Source: Asterionella formosa (Eukaryota). From it: a DNA stretch of 34,253 nucleotides. Under the pieces are notes generated by a model. That model was not told the origin of the DNA. It ran no database searches and saw nothing but the letters and a program-made list of their open reading frames with translations. The first letter of the stretch is position 1, and each line of letters starts with the position of its first letter. The DNA is taken from positions 1 to 34,253 of the forward strand of contig NKIB01000263.1 of NCBI GenBank assembly GCA_002256025.1, read 5' to 3'. A program made the position numbers and the translations under genes. Below are positions 1 through 9,107 of the stretch, piece after piece.

Positions 1-510
1 AAGTGAGCAATGATCTAGTCAAGGACCGTCATAAAGCTCTAGATGAAGCAAAGAAGAAGGATGCACAGCCTGTTGAGAAGGAACAGGTTCAAGTCAGCAA
101 CGACCTAGTCAAGGATCGTCAAAAGTGGCTCGACGAAGCGGCGAAGAAAGATGCACAACCTGTTGAAAAAGAATTTGTTCAAGTGAGCAATGATCTAGTC
201 AAGGACCGACATAAAGCTCTAGACGAAGCAAAAAAGAAGGATGCACAGCCTGTTGAGAAGGAACAGGTTCAAGTCAGCAACGACCTAGTCAAGGATCGTC
301 AAAAGTGGCTCGACGAAGCGGCGAAGAAAGATGCGCAACCTGTTGAGAAGGAGCACGTTCAAGTTAGCCACGATCTTGTCAAGGACCGCCAAAAGTGGCT
401 AGATGAAGCAAAGAAGAAGGATGCACAAGCTGTCGAGAAAGAGCATGCTCAAGTCAGTAACGACCTGGTTAAGGACCGTCAAAAGAGCCTTGACGAAGCG
501 AAGAAAAAAG
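1..510 (+). repeat. Coding 90-bp tandem repeat with 180-bp higher-order (A-B-A-B) unit
   Basis: 61-120 is identical to 241-300; 1-60 and 181-240 differ at 3 positions; HKAL and QKWL variants alternate. Confidence 0.9.
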
Positions 511-1580
511 ACTTGGCAGGCCCAGCTAAGGAAATTATCGTGGTTAGCAATGATATGATTAAGCAGCGCCAGAAAGAGCTTGATGAAGCCAAGGCAAAGG
601 CTGCTCTGCTTCCGGAGAAGGAACGTATCGAAATGACGAAGAACTTGATTTCCGAACGTATGAATTGGTTAAAGGAGCAACAAGAAAAAGCTGCGGAAAT
701 GCCAGCCAAGGAGCAAGTACAAATGACGAAAAATTTTATTTCTGAGAGAATGGCCTGGCTCGAAGAGGAACAGAAGCGAGTGGCTGAGCTGCCTGCGAAA
801 GAAGAATCTGCTGCTACTCAGCAATTCATTGCAGAGCGAATTGCTTGGTTGAAGGAGCAGCAGGAAAGAGCTTCGCAACTCGCGGAGAAAGAGCAGGTTC
901 TGGTGACCAATGCGCTCATAGCAGACCGAATGAATTGGTTGAAGGAGCAACAGGAAAAAGCTAGCGAGATGCCCGAAAGGGAGCAAGTGACAATGACGAA
1001 TAACTTGATCACTGAAAGAATGGCTTGGCTTGATGAGCAGAGAGCGAAGGACGCAGACGCCCCACAAAAGGAAGCTGTTGTTGTTACAAACGACTTTGTT
1101 GCGGAACGGATGGCATGGTTGAAGGAGCAACAGAAAAATGCGTCGCAGTTACAAATGAAGGAACGTGTCGAAATAACCAACAATCTCATATCTGACCGTA
1201 TTGCCTGGTTGAAGGAGCAACAAGAACAGGCGTCGCGTATGCCTGTCCAAGAGCGTGTAGTTATGACGAACACCTTGATTGCTGAACGCAAGGTCTGGTT
1301 AGAGGCTGAGATGAGGAAGGCTGCTGAAATATCTGAGAAGGACGATTCCCAGATGGCACAGCAGGTGATTGCTAAGGAGATTCAGTTGCTCGAGAAGCAG
1401 CAGCTCAGTGCCGAAAAGATGACAGAGACGGAGCAAGTAGAGATGACAAATGCCTTGATCGCTGAGCGCTTGGATTGGCTCCAAGAGCAAAAGGAGAAAG
1501 GAGGAAATCTTGAGGAAACTGCTCAGGTCCTTTTGACAAGTGATTTGATTACTGACGATTCGAAGTGTGTGATCCAGTGA
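3..1580 (+). CDS. 5'-partial tandem-repeat protein (~17 x 30-aa charged helical repeats) ending in CaaX box CVIQ
   Basis: Frame is open from the window edge. Repeats of VSNDLVKDRQKWLDEAxKKDAQPVEKEQVQ grade into MTNNLIxERMAWLKEQQEKA. Ends ...SKCVIQ-TGA. Confidence 0.85.
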   Translation: MSNDLVKDRHKALDEAKKKDAQPVEKEQVQVSNDLVKDRQKWLDEAAKKDAQPVEKEFVQVSNDLVKDRHKALDEAKKKDAQPVEKEQVQVSNDLVKDRQKWLDEAAKKDAQPVEKEHVQVSHDLVKDRQKWLDEAKKKDAQAVEKEHAQVSNDLVKDRQKSLDEAKKKDLAGPAKEIIVVSNDMIKQRQKELDEAKAKAALLPEKERIEMTKNLISERMNWLKEQQEKAAEMPAKEQVQMTKNFISERMAWLEEEQKRVAELPAKEESAATQQFIAERIAWLKEQQERASQLAEKEQVLVTNALIADRMNWLKEQQEKASEMPEREQVTMTNNLITERMAWLDEQRAKDADAPQKEAVVVTNDFVAERMAWLKEQQKNASQLQMKERVEITNNLISDRIAWLKEQQEQASRMPVQERVVMTNTLIAERKVWLEAEMRKAAEISEKDDSQMAQQVIAKEIQLLEKQQLSAEKMTETEQVEMTNALIAERLDWLQEQKEKGGNLEETAQVLLTSDLITDDSKCVIQ

Positions 1581-3121
1581 GCGAATCATTTGCAATTTCT
1601 TTACTGTTTAAGAAACTTATGCAACCCAAAGTCAACGACTAATCCCTACACATTACAAATATAACTCTGGTCGTGCATGGCCCTTCAAGCAACTTGAATC
1701 ATTGCTTGGTCTTGTCAAACAATAAAAGAATAGAAGTTCAATATGTGAAACTGAAGTGTGATCTTTAAGGTGCTTGCTCATTATTTTAGTAAACTAAACA
1801 TTGTCTGTAATCTCCTACTATACTGCTTTACTTGTTTTATAGAACTGATGCAGTTGATGTCTCCCTATTACCTCCAGAGGTTTAGTGGTAATATCAATTA
1901 CCAGGACAGTGTTAATCATTTTTATAGCGCATTATTACTGGTCTATTTCTAGGTGCATCTTCATTGTGCTCCATGGCCCATGTAAGGTCGGGCGGTGGAC
2001 AATAGTGGTCACTCCCTTGAATGTGAGTATGTAAACTTTTTCTGACACTGGTCGATAGTGCATGTTGTTTTTGGAACGATGTGTGTGTAATTTCAGTCAG
2101 TGAATGTACCTGATTGAAATTTTTGGTTTTGCCGTAGCGAGTTGGGTCGTTCGTCTTGGTTCTGTTATGTTTTTGTAGGCTTTCTGCTGAGGGCTAATAG
2201 GGGCGAAGTACTCATGTAGTGATTTTTGTCCAGTTTTTGCAAACTCTTCAGATTGATCTAGAATGTACGCTGCCCTTATCAATAACCAGGATACTGTATT
2301 TTCCAATCTTGTCGCCTCCAAATCCACTTCCACTCTATTTTCCACTTCTAAAACCATCACTTCTGCCAGCGTTGCATCTACTGCCGCCAAGACTTGTGCC
2401 GACGACGGTGACTATTAGTTCACTTGTATTCATCAAAAATCGTTCACAGGCGACGCCCCAATAGACGAGAGACAGCAGATCCACACAACAGAGCTGTCAC
2501 CAACATGCTGTTGCATCCGCGCCAAGATGCACTCCTTGACAGCTGAGGCCTTCTCTTGCGAGTGTCCACAGTACTTTAGACTGTCCCAAGACACCAGCTA
2601 ACTAATTCCATCGAATTGATAGCGACAAGAATCATGTGGCCTTGTTCAAACGATGTATATCTCCTTCTATCTTGAAGACATGCGCTTCATATACTACACA
2701 GTAACGAATAATGGGAAGCGGAACCATGAGGGATGAAGTGCAATGCGATGATCGCATCGCTTACAATAGCGTTGGGGAAGTCGATTACCGGTATACCACG
2801 TAACTGTGGAAGGGTACCTGATGGTACATGGTGTACCTGTTACCAGAGAGAAAGGTGCGGTATAACTATTTTGCATATTATACTACATAGTGCGGCCCAT
2901 AAATATTCTTGTCGGATTACCCCCTACGTCTAGATGGTACCAGCAGTGTTGGGAATCGAAACCAGGTACAGTACCGTAGGGTACAGACCTGGAATTCATG
3001 TCCTGCGCCACACCACCATTATGAAATCGAGTCCGAGCATTTTGCAACCACTGCAAAAAACCAACGACGCTCGTTGACTCTTCACCTTTTGTCAAACCCA
3101 ACTCTTGGTCAATCCTCCATA

Positions 3122-4519
3122 ATGGGAAAGGGAGCCTACGTTTGTATCCGTAACAGTTCCACCTTCGAGGTGCACGTGACCATCAATGATCTTCAGAACA
3201 TTGAGGCCGATGGGGCTGCCGAACTTCAGGGACAACTATCACCTGGGTCACAGTTTCCAGCTTCCCAGGGAACTGCAGTGGAAAACAAGGGCAGCTATCA
3301 GTACATGGAAGGCGAGAAGAAGTCGTTTATCCAAAAGGATGGCTCGTTCCAATGGGTGGTGACAGTAGATGGACACCCAAATGTCTCCATAAACCTATGT
3401 GTCGATGCTAGCAAGTGGTGGGCCGAACCACAGTCAGATGATACCGATGCAGCTGTCACAATTACATCTTCTATAAGAGAAGTTGATGAAAAATTCAAGA
3501 TTGATGTAACTGTCTACAATGCATATCACGGAAATTCTTGGATGGGCGACTTGGCAAGTGATATTGCTGACACTCCTTTCTGTCAAGTCTGCCTTCCAGG
3601 AACACATGATAGTGCCACCTATCATTTTGAGGAAGACTTGGGTGCCTCTCCAGACTCGGATCTTACCATGAAAATTCAAGAGAAGTTGGTCAGTGAGAAT
3701 GAAGAAGGCAGTGATACAAGAAGGAGACTTTTTGGAAAGATGGGCAATGCCATTGGAGCAGCCATCAACAACACAGCCTTAGGATTGGTTTTTGAACGCA
3801 TGTGTAAAGCGCAGTCTCTTTCAGTCAAAGAACAGCTCGAATATGGTGTTCGTTACTTGGATCTTCGAGTGGCATATCATGACAACAGTGATCAGTTCTA
3901 TTCCTGTCATGGTGTGTACTGTGTGAACATGGATACCATCATCAATGATGTCAATGACTTTTTGACTGAGAACTCAAAGGAAATTGTCATAATGGATTTC
4001 AATCATCTCTACAACATGGAAGAGCACCATGAAGCCTTTGTAAATAAAATGTTCTCAACTTTGGGGGATCGTGTGGCAGATTCCACTCAACTTACCCCCA
4101 TGAGCACCATTGGGGAATATTGGAATGCTAACGCCCAAGCCATCATTCTTTATCAGCATGGCCCAGCCGTCGATACATCTGGCGGTAAACTCTGGTCCCA
4201 AGATCATATTCATTCTCCTTGGCCTGAGGCAAATGATCTTGGAGTCCTTGAAAGTAAGCTGATGGAAAATGTGAAAGGACGCAGCATTGAACATTTCTTT
4301 GTCCTTCAAGGCATTTTGACACCAGATGGCGATCTCATCAAGGAGGAGCTTTTAGAAAGCAGCATAAATATGTCTTTGGCATCGATTGCAAGTCGTGCAA
4401 GCCCAAAAGTGGTTGAATGGGTTGAAGAGTGGAAGGGAGAAAAACACAATGTTGTAATTGTGGATTACATTCATGAATGCACCATGGTTCCTTTGTTGAT
4501 AAGTATGAACAGAAAATAG
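3122..4519 (+). CDS. PI-PLC X domain-containing protein (PLCXD-like phosphodiesterase) with an extra N-terminal domain
   Basis: Motifs WM...LPGTHDSATY, Q.LS..EQLEYGVRYLDLRV, YSCHG, EIVIMDFNH and NVVIVDY. Likely start is ATG 3122 (MGKGAYV); the ORF-track extension upstream runs through intergenic repeat sequence. Confidence 0.85.
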   Translation: MGKGAYVCIRNSSTFEVHVTINDLQNIEADGAAELQGQLSPGSQFPASQGTAVENKGSYQYMEGEKKSFIQKDGSFQWVVTVDGHPNVSINLCVDASKWWAEPQSDDTDAAVTITSSIREVDEKFKIDVTVYNAYHGNSWMGDLASDIADTPFCQVCLPGTHDSATYHFEEDLGASPDSDLTMKIQEKLVSENEEGSDTRRRLFGKMGNAIGAAINNTALGLVFERMCKAQSLSVKEQLEYGVRYLDLRVAYHDNSDQFYSCHGVYCVNMDTIINDVNDFLTENSKEIVIMDFNHLYNMEEHHEAFVNKMFSTLGDRVADSTQLTPMSTIGEYWNANAQAIILYQHGPAVDTSGGKLWSQDHIHSPWPEANDLGVLESKLMENVKGRSIEHFFVLQGILTPDGDLIKEELLESSINMSLASIASRASPKVVEWVEEWKGEKHNVVIVDYIHECTMVPLLISMNRK

Positions 4520-5163
4520 AAGGTAGAAAGGCCATGGCTGCAAAGCAAGGATAGTGTTAGGTTTGACATCATGCATACAGAGAACAGGAAGTTCAATACT
4601 TAGTTTGTGTCTCATTTTACATTTTTATTCAGTATACACTTGTTGTGTGACTTTAAATAGCCTAGAAATAACCAAATTCTTGGCAATTTTATCATGGTAC
4701 AAGAAAATTTTCCTATCTTTTGGGGTTTCCAGACTCAAACACTTATAAAGGGCAGGATAGTCTTGAAGTCAAAATTTCGGAGATCAAACTGGTTCCTGAA
4801 AAAGCCACATAGATCAATCAATACATCCAAGTGTTTTGCCATCGCACATAGGTCCTTGCAAGGAAGGGTGATGTAACCATAACTACTTTTTCGAATGGAA
4901 TTTACTTCAGGACAGTCTTCCTGCTTGGAAAGGAAGTACACTTTGAGTTCCATTCAATCTTGATTGTGATTCCAAAAGACATCACGCATGAGCATGAGAA
5001 AGGCAAGTGGGTGCATGGATATGAAAGCAGGTGACTTGTACTGCCTGCAGTCAAGCCTACATTTCCCATGCAAACGATCAAAGGTTCATATTTCATAAGG
5101 TACTTGACAAAAATTGCATACTGTGAGCAAAATCTAAGTGTTTGAGAATAAAACGGTTTCCCT

Positions 5164-5235
5164 TTTCTCCGGCGGGACTCGAACCCGCAACCTACAGATT
5201 AGAAGTCTGTCGCGCTACCTTTGCGCCACGGAGAA
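5164..5235 (-). tRNA. tRNA-Arg(UCU), intronless
   Basis: Minus strand folds as a cloverleaf: TTCTCCG/CGGAGAA acceptor stem, GCGC D-stem, ACAGA-CTTCTAA-TCTGT anticodon arm, GCGGG-TTCGAGT-CCCGC T-arm. A TTTT follows about 12 nt downstream. Confidence 0.95.
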
Positions 5236-5592
5236 CTTGATACAAAAATCGAATAAATCATGATTCATCATCTCTTAACATCATAAGGTTTAGACAGTGC
5301 CTTGTTCTCCCTGTACCGACACCAGTTGGACCAGGTACCAGGTACCGGTATGCTATACAGACCAAACCCCACAAACGTACCTACACTTACTGGTATGCAC
5401 TACCAGGTAGTGTAGCAGTTAACCCTTTGGTGTCACAGGATCGATCCTCTGTTCGATCATCCTTCAAGGATACTCCGCACAACATACGATACCATGCTCG
5501 CCATTTAAAAAGCAAAGGTCGCGAGGTTCTCACAGCCTCATGCAATGTCATAGTTCACTTATTTTCTTTAGTCAAACTATTTCAAAGTTGCA

Positions 5593-6120
5593 ATGACCTT
5601 CTACAAGCTATTGCTGCTTTCTTTGATCATTGCACCAATCACTGCATTCCAGTGTTTCCAATTAAGGAGCAGCTGTACCGGTACTTGCCTCAATATCAAA
5701 AGCAAAATGTCACCAGTTGCTATTTTCTTTGAGCGCTCTCAGTCTACCGTGTTGAAAATGGCCCAAGTTTCGGAAAAAGAAGCCAAGGCGGGAATCGACA
5801 AGGTCGTTAAGGCTTTGCAAAAAGACAGCATTGCGAATCAAGAACTCGGGCGTCTAGTCAGTGTCAACAATGTCCTGGGCTATGGAAGCCCGAAACCGGG
5901 TCAACTAGCAGTTCGCTTTAATGCTTCGTTCAAGAGGAGCGGAATGGGTCGCTCGTCGATCCCATTGCCATTTGGCCTAGGGCAGACTAACGAAAGCGAA
6001 GGGAGAGGTACGATGGTGGGACAAGTTAAGGCATCAATAGATATCGCAAGTGGCAGAGTTGTCGATTGCTCAGTGTTTCGAGACTTGGGCTATGGAAGAA
6101 CATTTAATCTAAAGATTTAA
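5593..6120 (+). CDS. Plastid-targeted protein of unknown function
   Basis: Signal peptide MTFYKLLLLSLIIAPITA|F (ASAF-like cleavage site), then a Ser/Lys-rich transit region and a compact Gly-rich mature domain. Confidence 0.75.
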   Translation: MTFYKLLLLSLIIAPITAFQCFQLRSSCTGTCLNIKSKMSPVAIFFERSQSTVLKMAQVSEKEAKAGIDKVVKALQKDSIANQELGRLVSVNNVLGYGSPKPGQLAVRFNASFKRSGMGRSSIPLPFGLGQTNESEGRGTMVGQVKASIDIASGRVVDCSVFRDLGYGRTFNLKI

Positions 6121-6203
6121 ATTATCAACTCAGCGCGACAGCTCGCTTTTATATGCTGAAGCTTTACCATTTTTCCTTTTCATCTGCACTTTTTGAACAC
6201 AAC

Positions 6204-7784
6204 TCACTCCGATGATTTTTGGTTATTTTCAAGAACAATCTTCTTTTTGTATGCGCCATTGCAAACCTCCCATCGGGCCTTGGACTCCGGCTTGTCGTCA
6301 CTGCTGTCGTGAGACTTGTTCAAAACCCATTTATTTTCCCACTGTTGCTTCTTTTGTATCATTTTAGATTGACGACTCACAGCGCCTCCGAATTTTCCAG
6401 CCACATCTTTAACATTGGAGGTTATCGGTGAACATTGCGCAACCTTTTCTTTTCCGGAATTCCGAAACGCTTGCTCTTGCAGCCACTTATGACGCTGCGC
6501 TACTGTGGTCGACTGTTGGACGTCAGATGCCTTGTGCTTTTTTACAAAAATATCTTGGGATTTCATTGTAGTCTTTCGTGATCCAAGAGGTCCCTGCTCT
6601 GGCGGGTCGCGGTGGCAGATCATTTGCTTGACCATCGGAAACGATTCCGTTCTATCATCACAGAACAACTCCATCTCGGCAAACAGCACACGCTTTGGTC
6701 GCATCATGTACGTGGTTTCGTCTTCGACGACCGTAACCTCTAGTTTCGCCGTGTCTTGCTTTTCGCTCATGTCAAGGTTTGATATTTGAGGGAGATCTTC
6801 GTGGAGTTCGTGGAGAATAGAGAGAGGCCTCTTCGTTTCGTCGCTCTCGACATTACAAACATTTTGTGGCTTTGGGATAAGAGGACGAGTGAAGGCACCT
6901 TGTGTACCGAGAATTTTCTCGTTTGGGCTGCTGAGACCCAAGGCTTGTGCAAATTTGGAATCCAGGACGGATCCCATGAATGCCAACGACTTGGATGTGC
7001 CGTTGGTGCTCACTGATAACTCATCTTCGTCAATGCTGTATTTGCAGATGGAATCGTTGCTGTTATCCTTTCCGCATAGTTCCTCTAGGCCACTCATTAT
7101 TACGATCTGGGCGTGACACAAGTCAGTCCTGTGCATCCAACCGGCGTTGGACATGTCGTTGACTGACTCTGGTGACAACGTTGGGTCGTCGTTGGAAGAC
7201 GAAGTATTTGGAGTGGGAGGGAGAATCTTGCGAATCATGGCACCAAGTCTAGCCGGTGACGGGGTAGGTACAATATCATCATCGTCATATTCTCTCTTGA
7301 AAACGTGAAAAGCGCTCTGCTCCTTTCTAGATTTACAGAGGAGCTTAGGGAGGGATACTCGTAGCAGGGCACCTGGTGAAGCCTTCATCTTGCGTGGTGT
7401 ATCCCTATTTGTAGACGAATCGATGCACTGACTGTGCGCCTCCTTGTTGAAAGCAAAATCTCTGGCGCCCTCTCTAAAGTCTTTTTCGTTCTGACAATGT
7501 TTTGTATCGAATCTGACACTGTCACAAATTGCTGGAGTGGTGTGAAAAGGTTTTTTGACGAATGAAAACCAGTCACCAACCTGATCGACTCTTAAATTCC
7601 AACCATCATCATCAACATTCCAATGGTCATCAGGCACCGAATCTATATCTACAGGCCAAGAGTTAGCAAATTCAATAGAATTGCAATCAGTTGCTTCTTC
7701 GTCCATGACATCAACGGTTGCAAGCTTATTAAAGTCAGTAATCCAAAGGTCCTTATTTGTGATTAGCGTCATGATGTGAGACAT
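6204..7784 (-). CDS. Largely disordered protein of unknown function with short C-terminal motifs
   Basis: Long ORF with first ATG at 7784. C-terminal motifs VAQRHKWLQEQAF, VKDVAGKFGG, KKQQWENK and KARWEVCNGAYKKKIV. Confidence 0.7.
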   Translation of the reverse strand: MSHIMTLITNKDLWITDFNKLATVDVMDEEATDCNSIEFANSWPVDIDSVPDDHWNVDDDGWNLRVDQVGDWFSFVKKPFHTTPAICDSVRFDTKHCQNEKDFREGARDFAFNKEAHSQCIDSSTNRDTPRKMKASPGALLRVSLPKLLCKSRKEQSAFHVFKREYDDDDIVPTPSPARLGAMIRKILPPTPNTSSSNDDPTLSPESVNDMSNAGWMHRTDLCHAQIVIMSGLEELCGKDNSNDSICKYSIDEDELSVSTNGTSKSLAFMGSVLDSKFAQALGLSSPNEKILGTQGAFTRPLIPKPQNVCNVESDETKRPLSILHELHEDLPQISNLDMSEKQDTAKLEVTVVEDETTYMMRPKRVLFAEMELFCDDRTESFPMVKQMICHRDPPEQGPLGSRKTTMKSQDIFVKKHKASDVQQSTTVAQRHKWLQEQAFRNSGKEKVAQCSPITSNVKDVAGKFGGAVSRQSKMIQKKQQWENKWVLNKSHDSSDDKPESKARWEVCNGAYKKKIVLENNQKSSE

Positions 7785-8552
7785 GGAAAGTAATGAAACA
7801 ACGACAATACCGCAGCAGATATCCAAGATTTTATGTACCCGTAATCAACGAAAGTAAAGTGTGTTGACGGTTGTCACAGATATACTTTTTCATCGTGTAG
7901 CCTCCGAGGCCGTGGTTGCACCAAGCTCTTCTCACACATTTATAGAACCATGTGAAACGAAACGGAGTGAAATCATGTGCAGGGTGAGAGTCATCATAAA
8001 CCGGTATATCATTTGGCAGCAGATTACCGTTAGTTAGTAAATATGTCATGGTGCACTGAGTACATTCAGAGGACTAGGTACCAGGTACCAGTTCCACATG
8101 AAAAAAGAATAAACACTAGACTACCTGGTATATTCCGGTGTATGCTATCATGTCTCTGCTTTATGTATCCATGCATTTGATATTCCTGGACTTGTTAGGT
8201 ACCGAGGGAGCAAGTTGCGGTAAAGTAGAAATGTGGCTTTATTTTCCTTATAGTCGAAACCGTTCTTTTACATGATCTTCCGCTGGTACCAGTATACCGG
8301 TAGTACCCCAGCACACCTGTTCCAGGTACGTGGTACGCACATACTGGTAGAGACAACAGGTTACTTACTTACTGACTACCCTTGTACCTGGGCAAGTTGC
8401 GGTCATTTTGCTTATATAAACAATTTCACATGGGATAAAGAGAGCAACCTGTTAGTTTCATTCAGCACAATTACCGAAACTTCCACCAGATATACCGGTA
8501 CCGGTCGTCGGCGCATTAAAATCCCAATTACAAAAGCAGTAAGTATGGTAGA

Positions 8553-8690
8553 CTACGGTACCAGTACCTGGTACCAGGTACCAGGTAGGGTCTACCTGGT
8601 ACCAGGACCGGCACATTTATATCTGTTATGCAAGGGACACCATGGTACCAGTTCACCAAGTACCTGGTACCACATCACCGATACCCGGTA
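8553..8690. repeat. GGTACC/TACC(A/T)GGTA repeat cluster with a 12-bp hairpin (8577-8603)
   Basis: GGTACCAGGTAG-ggt-CTACCTGGTACC plus many further copies of the motif. Confidence 0.85.
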
Positions 8691-9107
8691 ACCTTCATGA
8701 ATCGTGTCCATAATGATGAGCCCTAGAATGTCGTATGTAGGACCAACAGACTGGTGGGCGAGAAACGACAGCTAACGGTAAAAAGCAAAATAAATCCGGC
8801 TTTTGATTGCTGCATGATTTGTGCAGTATCTGGTACTTAGTAGCTGGTGGTGGTACCCTGGTACCAGGTAACTGGTACCGCTAGCGTTTACTATGTACGG
8901 AGAACTCCATACAAGCATCAATGGTGATCGCCAGCATTTTACCTCCTGGTGCTCCTTATCATATGTGATTGCGCGTTCTCGCGCAAACGCGCGTCAACAC
9001 CTCCCATTTGCTCGTCGCCCTGTATATTTTTTATACCAGCATGTATGTATGATGGTACCAGGTACCGGTACCGGGAACAATCTAGTCCTCACAGTCCGTT
9101 CGTGCAA

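Noticed and set aside
479..1595. Antisense ORFs over the repeat protein, and similar shadow ORFs over golgin, BADH and the last gene
   Set aside because: Explained by codon bias and repeats on the coding strand; no recognisable motifs.
8272..8691. 139-aa ORF rich in Y/Q/V/P/G/T/W (also 13249-13542)
   Set aside because: It is simply the translation of GGTACC-type intergenic repeats.
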